From Macrostomum lignano (taxonomy: Eukaryota), in NCBI GenBank assembly GCA_002269645.1, contig NIVC01001975.1, positions 124,001 through 188,000 of the forward strand: a stretch of DNA of 64,000 nt, in the 5' to 3' direction. This document shows, piece after piece, positions 28,301-42,500 of the stretch; positions within the stretch are counted from its first letter, which is position 1, and each line of letters begins with the position of its first letter. Made by a program: the position numbers and the translations under genes. Under the pieces are notes generated by a model. That model ran no database searches, was not told the DNA's origin, and saw only the letters and a list, made by a program, of their open reading frames with translations.

Positions 28301-31300
28301 ATTGTACGCTTTCACTCAGCTCATTAAATATATCGACCCAGAGCATCTCGCTCAAGAGCCCCTTTTCGTTTTTCATCGTTTCAATAGCGCAGCATATAGT
28401 TTGTCTTTCATCTCGAGTTATTCTAGCAACCATTTGGTAGCAGAGCGTGGTTACTCAAGCCACAGTACATCGTGTCCAATAGTCTGTTAGATCAGTATGA
28501 GCGACGACGAAAAACAGAAGCAAGCGCCAGAGCCCGATGTTGCTTCTCTGAATGCTCTGAGGCGACAAAAGACCAAGTTCAAGTCTGCGCTGACCAAGAA
28601 TCGAAATAAACTGGCCTGGCTACTACAAGACGGTTCTGACAAGAGCGAAATTCAGCACCAGTGCGAAGCCGTAACCGAGATCTTCGAGGGAACAATCGAG
28701 GCGCTGTACGAGTTGAGCGACGAGTTGCAACGAAACAACAGCGACGCAGCACAGCACTCTCGGCTGCTCGATGAAATAGAAACCGTCGAGGAGGACTACC
28801 GCGTCAGCATGCGAGAGGTCCAGCGTTTCCTGGCAACTCAGCAGTCACCATCTGCAGCGGCACAAGTTCCTCAGGAGACAGCGGCAGCGTCGGCAGCAGA
28901 GCCGGCGGCAGAGTCGGCGGCAGCGACAGCCCAATCGCTGGGTGCAGTCAATCTAGATCGGCAAATCGGATTCAGTGTTGCAGAGCCGGACTTCATGCGA
29001 GGACAGAGACAGCAGAGGCCCTACAGAGACCTTGGTGAGTTTGGCTACCTGCCTTCTTCAAATCAGCATGCGGGTTTCGAGATAAGAGCGGAGGATCGAA
29101 CAAGCTCTTCTGAATCAGTAGACGAATGCAGGCTCGGCAACTCTTCGGAGCAAGAGCTGTCGAAGGATCTTGGAAGATGTTGCGTCGAGTTGAAATTCCT
29201 ACCTTCTACGGGGAAAAACAGCAGTACGAGGCGTGGAAGGCAGCGTTCATGGCTTGCATCGATAGGGCTCCAGCAACACCAGAGTTCAAACTGCTGCAGT
29301 TGCGTCAGTATTTGCGTGGATCAGCGCTGAAGGTGATAGAGCACTTGGGTCATTCGGCTGCTGCCTATCAGGCGGCCAAGGAGAGATTGGAGCGTGAGTA
29401 CGGCGGCAAGCGACGACAGTTGGCGCACTACTTGGAAGAGCTAGATAGTTTTCCACCCGTGAAGCAGAATAGTGCCGAGGAGCTGAAGAAATTCGCAAAC
29501 ATCCTCGATGTGGCTGTAATTAATTTGGAAGAAGCTGGTAAGAACTCCGAACTTAGTGATGGACTGCTTTATGCTAGATTGCAAAAAAAGTTACCAGAGC
29601 CGATGGTCGCAGCATTTCGACGATGGATCTTCGAGAAGGCGAAAGCAGAAGGCGTTAGGACCCTTCGAGAGTGGGTTTTGCGTGAGGCAGAGTTCCGAAC
29701 TGAGGCAGCAGAAATTGTGTACGGGGTGGCCGCATCGAGTCAGGAGCAACCAAGAAAGGACAGCAAGCAGAAGGCCTTCCATGTAGCGCAGCTAAGCAAG
29801 AGCTCAAGCAAGGGGAGCTACTCCTGTGTAGTCTGCAAGGAGGCGCACGATCTATGGAAGTGTCCCGCATTCGGGAAACTGTCGTCTGAGAACAGATGGA
29901 AGGCTGCTCAGGAAGCCAAAGCCTGTTTCCGCTGTCTTGGCCATGGTCACACCGGTATGAACTGCCGACGAGGTCGAAAGTGCGGCGTTGATGGATGCAC
30001 CAAATCCCACCATCGTCTGCTGCATTCGACAGCAAGGTCGGAATCGAAAGAGAAGTCAGAAGTCAAAGCCGGTGCTGAGCAAGAAATGCAGTCGAAGCCG
30101 AAAGCTGCAACCGTGACAATGGTCGCTAGAGAAGCCAGTGCGGTTTCACTTCGAACGGTTCCGGTCATTCTTAAGGCGAATAGGCGAGCGGTGAAGGTCA
30201 ATGCCTTACTTGATGACGCCAGCACAAAGACCTATTTGAATACGGCGATAGCATCCAAGCTTGGCCTGCACGGCAAACAGGAATCAATGCAGGTAAACGT
30301 GTTGAACGGACAGGTGGAAACCTTCATAACAGCACCAGTGTCATGCACCTTGGAGAGTACTGACGGCCAAATAAGCAAGGAGATTACTGCGCTGACGGTA
30401 GATAGAGTGACAGGGAACATGGAAGTAGTAGATTGGCAAGAATTGGCGTCGAAATGGTCGCACTTAGCAAACATTCCGTTTCCAAGAATGCAAACGCCAG
30501 CGGAGGTTGACTTGCTGATCGGAGTCGATCACCCAGACTTGCATGCATCACAGTTGGAAGTGACCGGCGACCCCGGAGATCCGCAAGCGCGGCTGACACC
30601 TTTAGGTTGGACTTGTATCGGTAGAGTTGATGGAGCTTCGGAGCACGCGTTGTTTGCAAACACGTTCTTCAGCCGAGGCGGGTCTGAGAATCTAGCGCCA
30701 CTGTTACGCCAGTTTTGGGAAGTAGAAGAGGTGAAAGCATCGAACCATCTTCATTTACTAATGCAGAGCAGCTCGCTTTGGAAAGAACTCGATCATCGCT
30801 AAAGTTCGTCGATGGGCGATACCAAGTTGGCATTCCGTGGAAACCGGATGTCACGTTTAATGATAGCAACTTTGAAATGGCTATCAGGCGGCTTGCAAAT
30901 ACCGAGAAGAGGCTCCGCAAAGATCCGGATCTAGCAAAGCAGTATCAGGACGTCATCAGTCGCTACGAAAATGTTGGCTACATCAGAAGAGTACCGGAGC
31001 ATGAGCAACAACCAGCGAACAGGTATCACCTTCCTCATTTCCCAGTGGTTCGAATGGATAAGGCAACTACCAAGGTGCGCATCGTCTTTGATGCTTCAGC
31101 TGGCGGTGAGGAGTCGTTGAATAGCCTGATGCTGGCAGGACCGAAGCTTCAGAAAGATCTGGTTGATGTGCTCCTGCGCTTCAGGAGGCATCCAGTGGCG
31201 GTTGCTTGCGACATTTCTGAAATGTACTTGCAAATCGCGATCGCACCAGAAGATCGGGCAGCGCACAGCTTTCTGTGGCGGGACATGGATCCGACAAAGG

Positions 31301-34300
31301 TACCACAGACATTCGAGTTCAACCGAGTGGTTTTTGGAGCAACGAGCTCACCATTTCTGGCGCAATTCGTGACTCAGGAGCACGCAAAGAAGCTGAAGCA
31401 GGAGTTTCCATCGGCCGCAGAAACAGTGCTCCAGTCAACTTACATGGATGACTGCCTGGATTCGAAGAAGACTGATTCAGAGGCTATTCAGTTGTATCAG
31501 GAGCTGAGCCAATTGTGGGAGCGAGCTGGTATGCACGCTAGGAAGTGGATTTCAAACTCGAGAGCATTGCTTGCGTGTGTAGCACCAGAGGATAGAGTCG
31601 CGGAGGTGAGCCTGGATGGTCAGCCGTTGCCAGTTTCGAAGACGCTTGGAGTAGTCTGGAAAAGTGAGGACGATGAATTCACCTTTGTTGCTGATAGCGA
31701 GCTGAGACCAGTCAAGTCAAAGAGGGATCTGCTAAAGAGATTGGCTTCAGTGTACGATCCTCTCGGACTGATAGCACCTTTCACTGCACAGGCAAAGATA
31801 CTATTGCAGGAGCTCTGGTGCAGCGGCCTTGATTGGGATGAAGCGCCGGACGAGGCTCTGCAAAAGAGGATTCAAGCATGGTGTGCTGACCTGACGAAGC
31901 TGAACTGCTTTCGAGTTTATCGCTGTCTGCAGTTCTCTTACGTACCTACGCAGTCTCAGCTTCACTGCTTTGTCGATGCTTCGGAGAAGGCCTACGGAGC
32001 AGTGTGTTATCTACGATGCAAGTACACCGACGCCTCGATATCCGTTCGGCTCATCGCTGCCAAGTCTCGAGTTGCACCCATAGCAACTATGAGCATTCCG
32101 AGGCTGGAGCTGATGGCAGCGGTCATTGGGCTGAATCTAGCGGTCAAGATTGCCAAGGCACTAGTGATGAACAACAAAGATGCGGTATTCTGGTCGGACA
32201 GCATGAACGTTCTGTTTTGGATTCGTGGAAGAGGACGCTTCTTTAAACCGTTCGTTGCGAATCGCATCGGAGAAATCCAGCAGACAACTGATCCGAACCA
32301 GTGGAGACACGTGCCAACGGCGTGCAATCCTGCTGATCTGCTGTCAAGAGGCGCAACGATAACTCAGCTGGCCGAGGATCAGAAATGGAAAAACGGTCCA
32401 GAGTTTTTACATCACGACGACTACAAGTGGCCAAGTACCAGGTTGGAGCGACCAGCAGACCTGGAGACGAAAGGTTCGGCGAAAGATTCAGTCCCGTCTG
32501 AAGCGGTCATGTGTGCAACAATGGTCACCAGCGAGCAAAGAAAGCATCAAGTAGAGCGGCTCGATCCGAGCAGGTTCTCCAGCTGGATGAAATTCCTGAG
32601 GGTAAATGCCTGGATTAGCAGATTTGCCAACAATTGTCGCTTCGAACCACAGTACCAAACTCGAGGAGAGCTGCAGGCGTCGGAGCTGGAAGACGCGGAG
32701 TTAAGAATCATCAAGGATGTGCAGCAAGATGCATTCAGCACGGAGCTTTCCGCCTTGAGGAAGAACAAGAGCGTTTCTGAGAGCAGCAAGCTGGCTAGAA
32801 TGCATCCCAGACTCGATCCTAGCGGCGTTCTTCGCTCAGAGAGTGGTCTACAGTTGGCCGAAGCATTGCCGGTTAGTATCAGATCACCAATCATCTTGCC
32901 AAAGTGCCATCACGTGACAGAATTGATAATCAAGCACCATCACGAAAAAGCGTATCACGCGGGCACCAATCAAGTACTTGCTGCAGTGACTGCTCGATTT
33001 TGGATCCCAGCTGCCCGAGAGGCCATCCGAGCTTGGGAAGTCAAGTGTGCTGAGTGCAGGAGAAGAAAGGCACAGCCAGCTTCGCAGTTGATGGCACCAC
33101 TGCCTCCCAGTCGGCTAGAACCGATGAGAGCATTTACGAAAGTATCAATAGATTTCGGAGGTCCATTCCTGACGAAACAGGGTCGGGGACGTGTGCGTCA
33201 GAAGCGGTACCTTGCGCTCTTCACTTGTATGGCAACGCGTGCAGTTCATTTAGAAATGGCGTACGGCCTTGATGCAAGCAGCTTCCTAAACGCGTTGTTT
33301 CGCATGATCAATCGCCGAGGTCAAGTTCTGGAAATCTTCTCAGACAATGGAACTAATTTTGTTGGTGCGGATAGAGAACTAAAGGAGCTGTGCAAGTCGA
33401 TGGACAAGAACGCATTGCAGTCACGCACATCTCATGTACCGATCAAGTGGCACTTTAATCCGCCCGCGGCTCCGCACTTCGGCGGCGTGCATGAGTCAAT
33501 GATAAAATCAGCAAAGAGAGCGATAAACGCGATCCTGAGATCGGCAGAAGTCAGCGATGAGCAGCTTGTAACAGCATTTACCGGAGCAGAGTCGCTGCTG
33601 AACTCACGGCCTTTGACCTACCAGTCGTCCCATCCTGGTGACGATCCGGTCCTGACACCAGCGCACTTCCTGTACGGGCACGTTGGCGGACAGCTGGCAC
33701 CGGAGATCTCGGCTGACGAGGTGTTCAACCCAACCAAGCGGTGGCGCTACGTGCAGCAGCTGGTGCAGTCGTTTTGGCGGCGATGGCTCCGAGAGTGGCT
33801 GCCCGGCCTCGGTGCGAGAACCAAATGGCGGCGAGAGCAGCCCGACCTCAAGCCCGGGGACGTCGTGCTGTATGTCTGTCCGGACAGCCCTCGGGGTCAC
33901 TGGCCTCTGGCTCGAGTGCTGGAGGTGTACCCGGGTCGAGACGGCCATGTTCGAGTAGCAAAGGTGCAGCTGGCGGACAAGGTTCTGACGCGGCCAATCA
34001 ACAGACTGTGCCCATTGATTACTGATTGAAGGCTGACTATGACTCACTGATCGATGGACTGTAACTGTTAATCCCCGTGTCGATTCGTATTTTCATTTTC
34101 GTCATTTTGTCATTATCATTTTTGTCGCTTTCTAGACAGTGTTTTTTTTGGTGTGCGAATGATTACTTAGTTTTATTTTGTTTGTTTGTCAAATACGTTT
34201 ATTTCGGTCATGTTTAAATTTTGAGTTTGGTGTTTGCCTTCGTAATTTAGGTTTTTAATTTTTTGGATCGATTATTATTTATATCGTAATCCAAATTTAA

Positions 34301-36512
34301 CCATGTTGCATCGCGATTTCACGTAGTCCTTTGTCTTGTAATCATATCACTCTCTGGTAATTGGTTGATTGTCTTAAAATCATTTTCCGTGAAATGCTAT
34401 ACAACTGCAGTTTATGTTTTCGAACTCAAGCGCGTTTCTTTTTTTTCTACATTTTTCGTTACTGTAACAGAGCCCACCAAGACAATTTTGTTTAGTCAAG
34501 TTTTGTACAAGTACGAATTGCGTAAGTTCTGCGTTATAACTTTTTCTGCATCTTTATCTCATAGGTTTTGCTTCCACTGCCACTCATTTTCAAAATTACA
34601 TTTTTGCATCATTATTTTGTTTTTGCCATAGACATGTCAAGGTGGGGGGTATGTTCTGGAGCTGCCACTGTCTCGTGGTATTTCTTAAACTTTTCGTTTG
34701 CAATAGCTACATGTACGTTCAATTAGGCTAACATATTTATTTTGCTCATACGTACAGTCCCTAATTATTGATCGCACCACTTTCATTCTTCACTGATCGC
34801 CCCACCCCACATTACGCTCACGTGTATTGTACGCTTTCACTCAGCTCATTAAATATATCGACCCAGAGCATCTCGCTCAAGAGCCCCTTTTCGTTTTTCA
34901 TCGTTTCAATAGCGCAGCATATAGTTTGTCTTTCATCTCGAGTTATTCTAGCAACCAATAATAAAGTCCTCAATGCGCTGCCACCTTGTCGCTAACCCCT
35001 TCACCCGAACTCTAGTCGAATTTTATACGAAATCACGGGTTTGAAATCATGCTGAACGCATTGCAGCAGTTTAGAATTGCCGTGTCCCCGCTAGACAGGA
35101 TGCTATGATAATAACAATAAAAACATTTGCTGCCTCTGTTTATTGCCTCCAACTGGTTCGCTCTGTGGAACATTCTGACTCCAGTTGCTTGCTTGACGCT
35201 TAGGTGATCCTGTGACTCTTGACTATAAAATTCTGCTTGTCAACTATTGTGGGCTTTTCCAGTGTTTGTTTGATATTCAATTCTGGAGTTTAGTACATTT
35301 TGAAATTTAAATTCGCGCCAAAATTTGCAGACCTATCGATTAATTCCGGAACTATGGCGGATTCTACAAATCGCCAATCGGCCCCCACGGAGGCGCTGGC
35401 CGAACAGCTACGGATTAAAGAGCTGATACCCATTGGCAAGCCGGACTCCATCCTGCTGTCATGGATCCGGCCGTCTCACGTGCTGCCAGACAAGTACATC
35501 ATCACCTACGGCGCTCATGTTGCTAAGGAGAGGGTGGCTGGCGAAATCCCCGGCAACAGGGACACCTTCCAGATCATCAATCTGAGTGAGTGGGAGCTTG
35601 GTGATGGGATCTTGAGGATCGAATCTCGATGATGGGATCTTGGTGGTGGGACCTTGATAATGGGGTCTTGATAATGGGATATATATTAACTGAATGACGG
35701 GATAGATGGGATCTAGATGATGGGATAAATGAGATCTAGATGGTAGGATAGATGGGATCTAGATGACGGGATAGATGAGATCTAGATGATGAGATAGATG
35801 GGATCTAGATGACGGGATAGATGGGATCTAGATGATGGGATAGATGAGATCTAGATGACGGGATAGATGGGATCTAGATGATGGGATAAATGAGATCTAG
35901 ATGGTAGGATAGATGGGATCTAGATGACGGGATAGATGGGATCTAGATGATGGGATAGATGGGATCTAGATGATGGGATAGATGGGATCTAGATGATGGG
36001 ATAGATGGGATCTAGATGACGGGATAGATGGGATCTAGATGATGGGATAGATGGGATCTAGATGATGGGATAGATGGGATCTAGATGACGGGATAGATGG
36101 GATCTAGATGACGGGATGCATGGGATCTGGATGGATGGGATCTAGATTATCAAATCTATGTGATGGGATGGATCTGCATGTACATGACGGGATATATGAG
36201 ATAGATTTATATGTGTATATACTGTATACACATATATCTAATACACTCATATATGCACATATATCTTATCGCAGCGGTGGCTCCTGCTGGTCGGCGGCTG
36301 GCCCTTTGCGGGTTCAGCTATGACTCAGCCGGAAGGCCGAGTGAATGAATTGACCATTAGTAGGTTATAATAAGAGGAATCAGCGATCGCGCCTTGCGGG
36401 GAATGACTGGTCGCTTGCGTGAAGCAGTGGCAGGGTTTATATTGATAAAGATAATGCATAGAGGTTTACTAATTGTTTCTTAGAAAGAAAAGTTTAATTA
36501 TTGCATGTACCT

Positions 36513-36561
<49 letters not shown>

Positions 36562-39500
36562 TTGGCATGCAGTTAGCAGTTGAGCTAAGGTAATATATGA
36601 TTTCTCTTTGCTTAGTCAGCCGGTGTCGGACCGTCTGATCCCAATTTTGGATATCCCCTTTTTTTAGGAACTACTAGCGCCAGAGCAAGAATGAGCTTTA
36701 TTAGAGACAGAGTCAGTCCCTGCTAAGCTAACAATGGCCTAGTTTACGATGGCCTCCCTTCTCGGCTCCCCAAATCCCAACCCAATATACCCCTTCCCTT
36801 GATATTGTCGGCAAATGTTCAAAAGCTCTAGACACTCTATAGCAGTGTTACCTGTGTACCTCTGTGTGTGTGTGCTGTTTGCCATGGGCCTTGCTCATTA
36901 TTGATTGCTTGCTTTGTATAGGGTTGGATTAGAATAGTTCCTAGCTTCTCCCTTTAGCGATAAAACCTTCTAGTCTTGAATTTTCATAGATGACATTTTG
37001 CATAACGACCTACATAAACTGGTGCTTTTCAACTTTTCCATCTTTATAAAAGATTGCTGTTTATTGGATTTTCTTGAAAGCGCGCATTTTCTAGTTTTTT
37101 GATACAATTCTCTCCATATGATTTGGAAGTTTTTTGGAGTTAGAAAGCTGACTCATCGGGTTGGTAATCTGGAGTTTCCGTGCTATACCAGATGCTGTAT
37201 TTTAGAAGTCCATGACGGGGCCGCCATTAGTCTACATGCATCCGCGAGATTTTTATCTCTTCCTCGAGAAGAGAGTAGAGAGGGATAGGAGAAAGGAGAG
37301 GCGAGGGAATAAAGGAGACGAGATTAGATGAGGGAAGAACAAGGAGAGAAGAGAAGAGAGAACTGAGAAGAGAGCTGAGGCGAAACACAAACCTTGATTT
37401 TAGATCAACTTTGGTACTAACAAAGTCTCAACTTAATTCTTTAAGTTCAGTAGATTTAAAATATCAAAACTGTCTTTTTAATCGGGGCAAGGGGGGCTGT
37501 GTGCATCCATGGTGGCGCACTTTAAGCGAGAGGCATTGCTTCCAATTCCGCCGACTCCCCTGAGCAGGCGCACAAGCGCGCGGATACGTACGCAGTCATA
37601 CGCACAGGCACACCCTCACACAGGAGTGCACAGCGGCCCTGACTTTATTAATCATTCGGCATGTACACTTCACTGTGCCTTGGGGCCGTTGGGGGCTGGC
37701 TCTCAAGGCCGTTAATTGCACGAGCAGAGCCAAGCCGAGATTCCAATTCAGCCCCAAATTAATGTGACTGCACTTGGAATCGAGCCTGGGTCGCTGGCTC
37801 ACCAGAGCAGCTGCGCTACCGCTGGGCTACGGCCCCCTAAGCTTGGGCATTGTGACGCAAATTGCAGTGAGAAATGAACACATATTTGTAGCTGATGAGC
37901 TAAGAAGAGGCTTGAAATAACCCACTGTTATCTCACATCTCTCTCTGCATGATTACAATTCCCTCCTTCACACTCTGCCGCTACTGCATCCAGAGATCGA
38001 GCTGTCCAGATATAAAATTTACCCCCCCCCAGCTGTCTGTTGCCACGGAAGGAAAATACGCGCATAGTTTGCCTAGCTAGCAGTAATATTTGTAGTTTTG
38101 CTTTCCCTCTGACGATCTCTGTTCCTCTTGCTTGCTGCCGGGTGTCAGAAGGTTGACCTTAGCCTTGAAAAAGCGCAGCAGAAGAAATGCCACAAAAGCA
38201 GGCAGATTGCGCTGAGATTGTTGCAATTGTTGCTTTTCTTACCTGTCAGCTGTTGTGTGCCCGTCTGGCCGTGGCATTTCCTCCGACGCAGCTGATTAGG
38301 CTACACGGTTTAGGCGAGCATATCTGATATTCAATTATGTTTGTTTTATCGAAGTGCCTGTTGAGGGCGTCTTTAGCTAAGGTGAATACACTATCAATAT
38401 AAAATTGGAATATGATTTATATGCCACTTAGCCTTTCTGCACCTTTTGCAAACGTAATATTCTGAATGCACTACTGACAAGCCGGTAATAAGTAGTAATA
38501 TAAACATTTTATCTTTTTCAGAGCCCAACACTCGCTACTTCATCTGCATTACGGCACTGAAGGGCAATCTTCACTTTGAGACGCTTGTGGAAGCTCGGAC
38601 CAGGGGCTCAAAAGGTTTGCCACTGTTTGTAGCTGTGAAAAGTTTCATTACGAGTACTAAGCTTGTTTACTTTTATCTAATTATGCGCCCACCGTTTCAT
38701 ATTTCAGATGATCCCAATAGTGAGTGGGTCTTGGCCATAGACTGCTGCGCTGTTAGGTTTTATGAGACTCTCCTACGACTGTTGGACTGATAGTTTGATT
38801 AATAGCAGTATCTATGTAAATTGACATGTAGATTGATATGCAAATGCACATGTATACAGTCATGTAGACTGACAGGTAGATAGATAGTTTGATGGATAGA
38901 TTATCGAATAGTAATATATGTAAATAGACATGTAGATAGATACAAAGACAGACAGGTAGATAGGCATTTAAATATACAGGTAGACATGTAGACAGACAGG
39001 TAGATAGGCATGTAGATAGACAGATCGACAGACAGGTAGACAAGCAAATAGACAGGCAGGTAGACTGATAGGTGGACAGACAGGTAAATAGACAGGTAGA
39101 CAGGCAGCCAGGTAGATAGACAGGTAGACAGTAGACAGACAGACAGGTAGACAGACAGAGAGACAGGTAGACAGACAGACAGACAGACAGACAGGTAGAC
39201 AGGTAGACAGACCGCTTCTTTCCGGTTTTCCCTCAGCCGAACGCCCGCTGCCGCAGGTGCCAATGGCGTTGAAGGCCACGCAGGTGGGCAGCCGCAATGC
39301 GACAGTCTCCTGGACGGATCAGCAGGCCGACCAGCCGTCTAGCGGCCGCCGAATCTACGAGGTTGAGTGGTCGCTGGAGACGGCCGAGCAGCAGCCGCAG
39401 CCGCAGACTCCGTCATCCTGGCGTTTGAACACCAGCGAGCTGAGCGCGAGACTTGTCGGCCTGCGGCCCAGCACCGCCTATTCGGTTCGGGTCCGCTGCC

Positions 39501-42500
39501 TGGCCCTGGCCTCGGACCAAACCGTCGTGCCGTCCAGCTTCAGCCTGAGGGCGAGCTTCTCAACAGAGCCCGAGGCGCCGGGGAGTCCGCCGCGCGACCT
39601 CAAGATCAGCCGGTCCACCCTGCCAATGTCCGTTATGCTGTCCTGGCTGCCGCCGCTCGAGCCCAATGGTAAAATTACAAAGTACACGGTGCTCTATCGG
39701 CCGGTTAGTTCGAATAGTGCCAAACCGGCCGGTTCCGAGCACGCTATGCCGACAGCAGAGACTCAGGTGGTCATCACCGGTTTGAGAACGTCTACGCACT
39801 ATTATTTCCGGGTTCGAGCCGGAAATAGCGAAGGATTCGGGCCGGATAGCGACGCGATCGAGTTTATGATGCCGGACTGTGAGTGCCGTGGATTGTGTTT
39901 GATTCTTGTGAATCTGGTTGGGATTCTTGTGAATCTGGTTGGGATTCTTGTGAATCTGGTTCGGGATTCTTGTGAATCTGGTTGGGATTCTGGTGAATGT
40001 CGTTGGGATTCTTGTGAATCTAGTTGGGATTCTGGTGAATCTGGTTAGGATTCTTGTGAATCTTGTCGGGATTCTTGTGAATCTGGTTGGGATTCTTGTG
40101 AATCTTGTCGGGATTCTTGTGAATCTGGTTGGGATTCTGGTGAATGTCGTTGGGATTCTTGTGAATCTGGTTGGGATTCTTGTGAATCTGGTTGGGATTC
40201 TTGTGAATCTGGTTGGGATTCTTGTAAATCTTGTTGGGATTGATGTGACCCTAATACTTCAGCACTAATCACTCACTCCGCAGCGTCTGGTCAGGGCGGC
40301 GGCGTGGTTTACAACACGGACTCCGTGCTGCAGCGTGGTGAGTCAACTGTCAACTTTTCAGAGTAGTAAGTTAAAATTTCCTTTTTAAACTCTTTGTTTC
40401 CCTAACTCCCCCCCCCCGAACAAAGACTCATCGGACGGGGCCGAGTCGGACGGCCTGTCCAGCCGGCGCTGGTGGCTGCTGATTGGCGGCGTGTTCGGCC
40501 TGGCCCTGCTGCTGCTGGCCGTCTCCACAGCCGTGGTCTGCATGTGCCAGCAGCGCCGGCCGCGCCGCTCCGCCGACAGCCAACAGCGCGCCCGCGGCGC
40601 CAAAGAGAGCGCCAGCCTGATCGGCGGCGGGCCCGAGCAGCAGCAGCAGCAGCATCCGCAGTCGCCTCCTCAGTCGCAGCAGTCGATGCAGCCGCCGCCG
40701 GGACCCGGCATGCTCAGTACGGCGTCGCCTCTGTCGATGCCGCCAAGTTCCACGGCGGCCCTGCTGGCCAGCCACCAGCTGCAGCACCAGCTCCAGCAGC
40801 AGCAGCAGCATCACCATCGCCAGCTGCAGCACCAGCTCCAGCAGCAGCAGCACACACCGGATTTATGCCGTCACGCCGATTTCGAACTTCGAGCCATGCC
40901 CGCCGACTATGCCGGGGTTGGCGCTCGTCCGATGGTGTCGATGCAGCTGCCGCCGCCGCCGCCGCCGCAGATGCTGCTGGAATCGGGGCCGGTGCCGAAC
41001 CCGTCAGTAGCCGGGCATTTCCGGAATCTGTCCAACTCAGGCAGCGGCTCCTATTCGCATCAGCAGGGCGGCCAGCGGCTGAACTCCGTTGCTTCGCCGC
41101 CTAGGGTCGACGCACCTGACTTTTCCTCGCGTGAGTCGCCGTTTCGATTGGTCTGGGTAGTGTTGGGTAGAACAGTGGCAATGCTCTGAGTAGAGGGAGT
41201 GGCAATGCTCTGAGTAGAGGGAGTGCGAGTCTCTGAGTAGAGGGAGTTACAATGCTCTGAGTAGAGAGAGTGCGAGTCTCTGAGTAGAGGGAGTTACAAT
41301 GCTCTGAGTAGAGAGAGTGCGAGTCTCTGAGTAGAGGGAGTTACAATGCTCTGAGTAGAGGGAGTGACAATGCTCTGGGTAGAGGGAGTGGCAATTATCT
41401 GAGTAGAGGGAGTGACAATTCTCTGAGTAGAGGGAGTGACAATTCTCTGAGTAGAGGGAGTGACAATGCTCTGAGTAGAGGGAGTGGCAATGCTCTGAGT
41501 AGAGGGAGTGACAATGCTCTGGGTAGAGGGAGTGGCAATTATCTGAGTAGAGGGAGTGACAATTCTCTGAGTAGAGGGAGTGACAATTCTCTGAGTAGAG
41601 GGAGTGACAATGCTCTGAGTAGAGGGAGTGGCAATGCTCTGAGTAGAGGGAGTGGCAATGCTCTGAGTAGAGGGAGTGACAATGCTCTGGGTAGAGGGAG
41701 TGGCAATGCTCTGGGTAGAGGGAGTGGCAATGCTCTGAGTAGAGGGAGTGGCAATGCTCTGAGTAGAGGGAGTGACAATGCTCTGGGTAGAGGGAGTGGC
41801 AATGCTCTGAGTAGAGGGAGTGACAATTATCTGAGTAGAGGGAGTGACAATGCTCTGTGTAGAGGGAGTGGCAATGCTCTGAGTAGAGGGAGTGGCAATG
41901 CTCTGAGTAGAGGGAGTGGCAATGCTCTAAGTAGAGGGAGTGACAATGCTCTGGGTAGAGGGAGTGACAATTCTCTGAGTAGAGGGAGTGACAATGCTCT
42001 GAGTAGGGGGGTGGAGTGACAATGCTCTGAGTAGGGGGGTGGAGTGACAATGCTCTGAGTAGGGGGGTGGAGTGACAATGCTCTGAGTAGGGGGGTGGAG
42101 TGACAATGCTCTGAGTAAGAGGGGGAGTGACATGTAAGAGTGACAATGCCCATGTAAGAGTGACAATGTCCATGTAAGAATGAAAATGCCCATGCAAGAG
42201 TGACAATGCCCATGTAAGAGTGACAATGTCCCGAACCCCGCCCACCTGCAGCCGGCAAGCTGTCTAGTCCCCATTCGAGTCTCAGCTCGTCCATCGGCTC
42301 GGCTTCAAAGCAGCGACACGCAGCCGCTGCCGGCTCCCTGATGTCAACGTCGACGCATTCGAGGCCGTACCCTGCGCCGGACATTCTGAGCCCGGCGTCC
42401 GGTCAGAGGCAGCACCAGCAGCAGCACCCGCACCAGCAGCAGCAGCAGCTCAGGAACAGCCAAGCCACTGTAGGCAGCCTCACTCTGGAGAGTCAGAACT

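Larger units (their letters stand above)
28127..34957 (+). mobile_element. Full-length BEL/Pao LTR retrotransposon (6831 bp) in an intron of the DCC-like gene, sense orientation
   Basis: TG...CA LTRs 28127-28432 and 34652-34957; 5-bp TSD ATAAT (28122-28126, 34958-34962); PBS; PPT; gag-PR-RT-RH-IN order with BEL-type motifs. Confidence 0.97.

Noticed and set aside
29160-30740. Programmed -1 ribosomal frameshifting between the three BEL ORFs
   Set aside because: There is no X-XXY-YYZ slippery heptamer at either switch, the first break falls inside gag, and BEL elements are usually single-ORF. Single-base deletions explain both.
28243-34995. ORFs inside the LTRs (28243-28440, 34768-34995) and antisense ORFs over pol (e.g. 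33604-34047)
   Set aside because: They use non-ATG starts, show no recognisable motifs, and are shadows of the LTR or of GC-rich pol codons.
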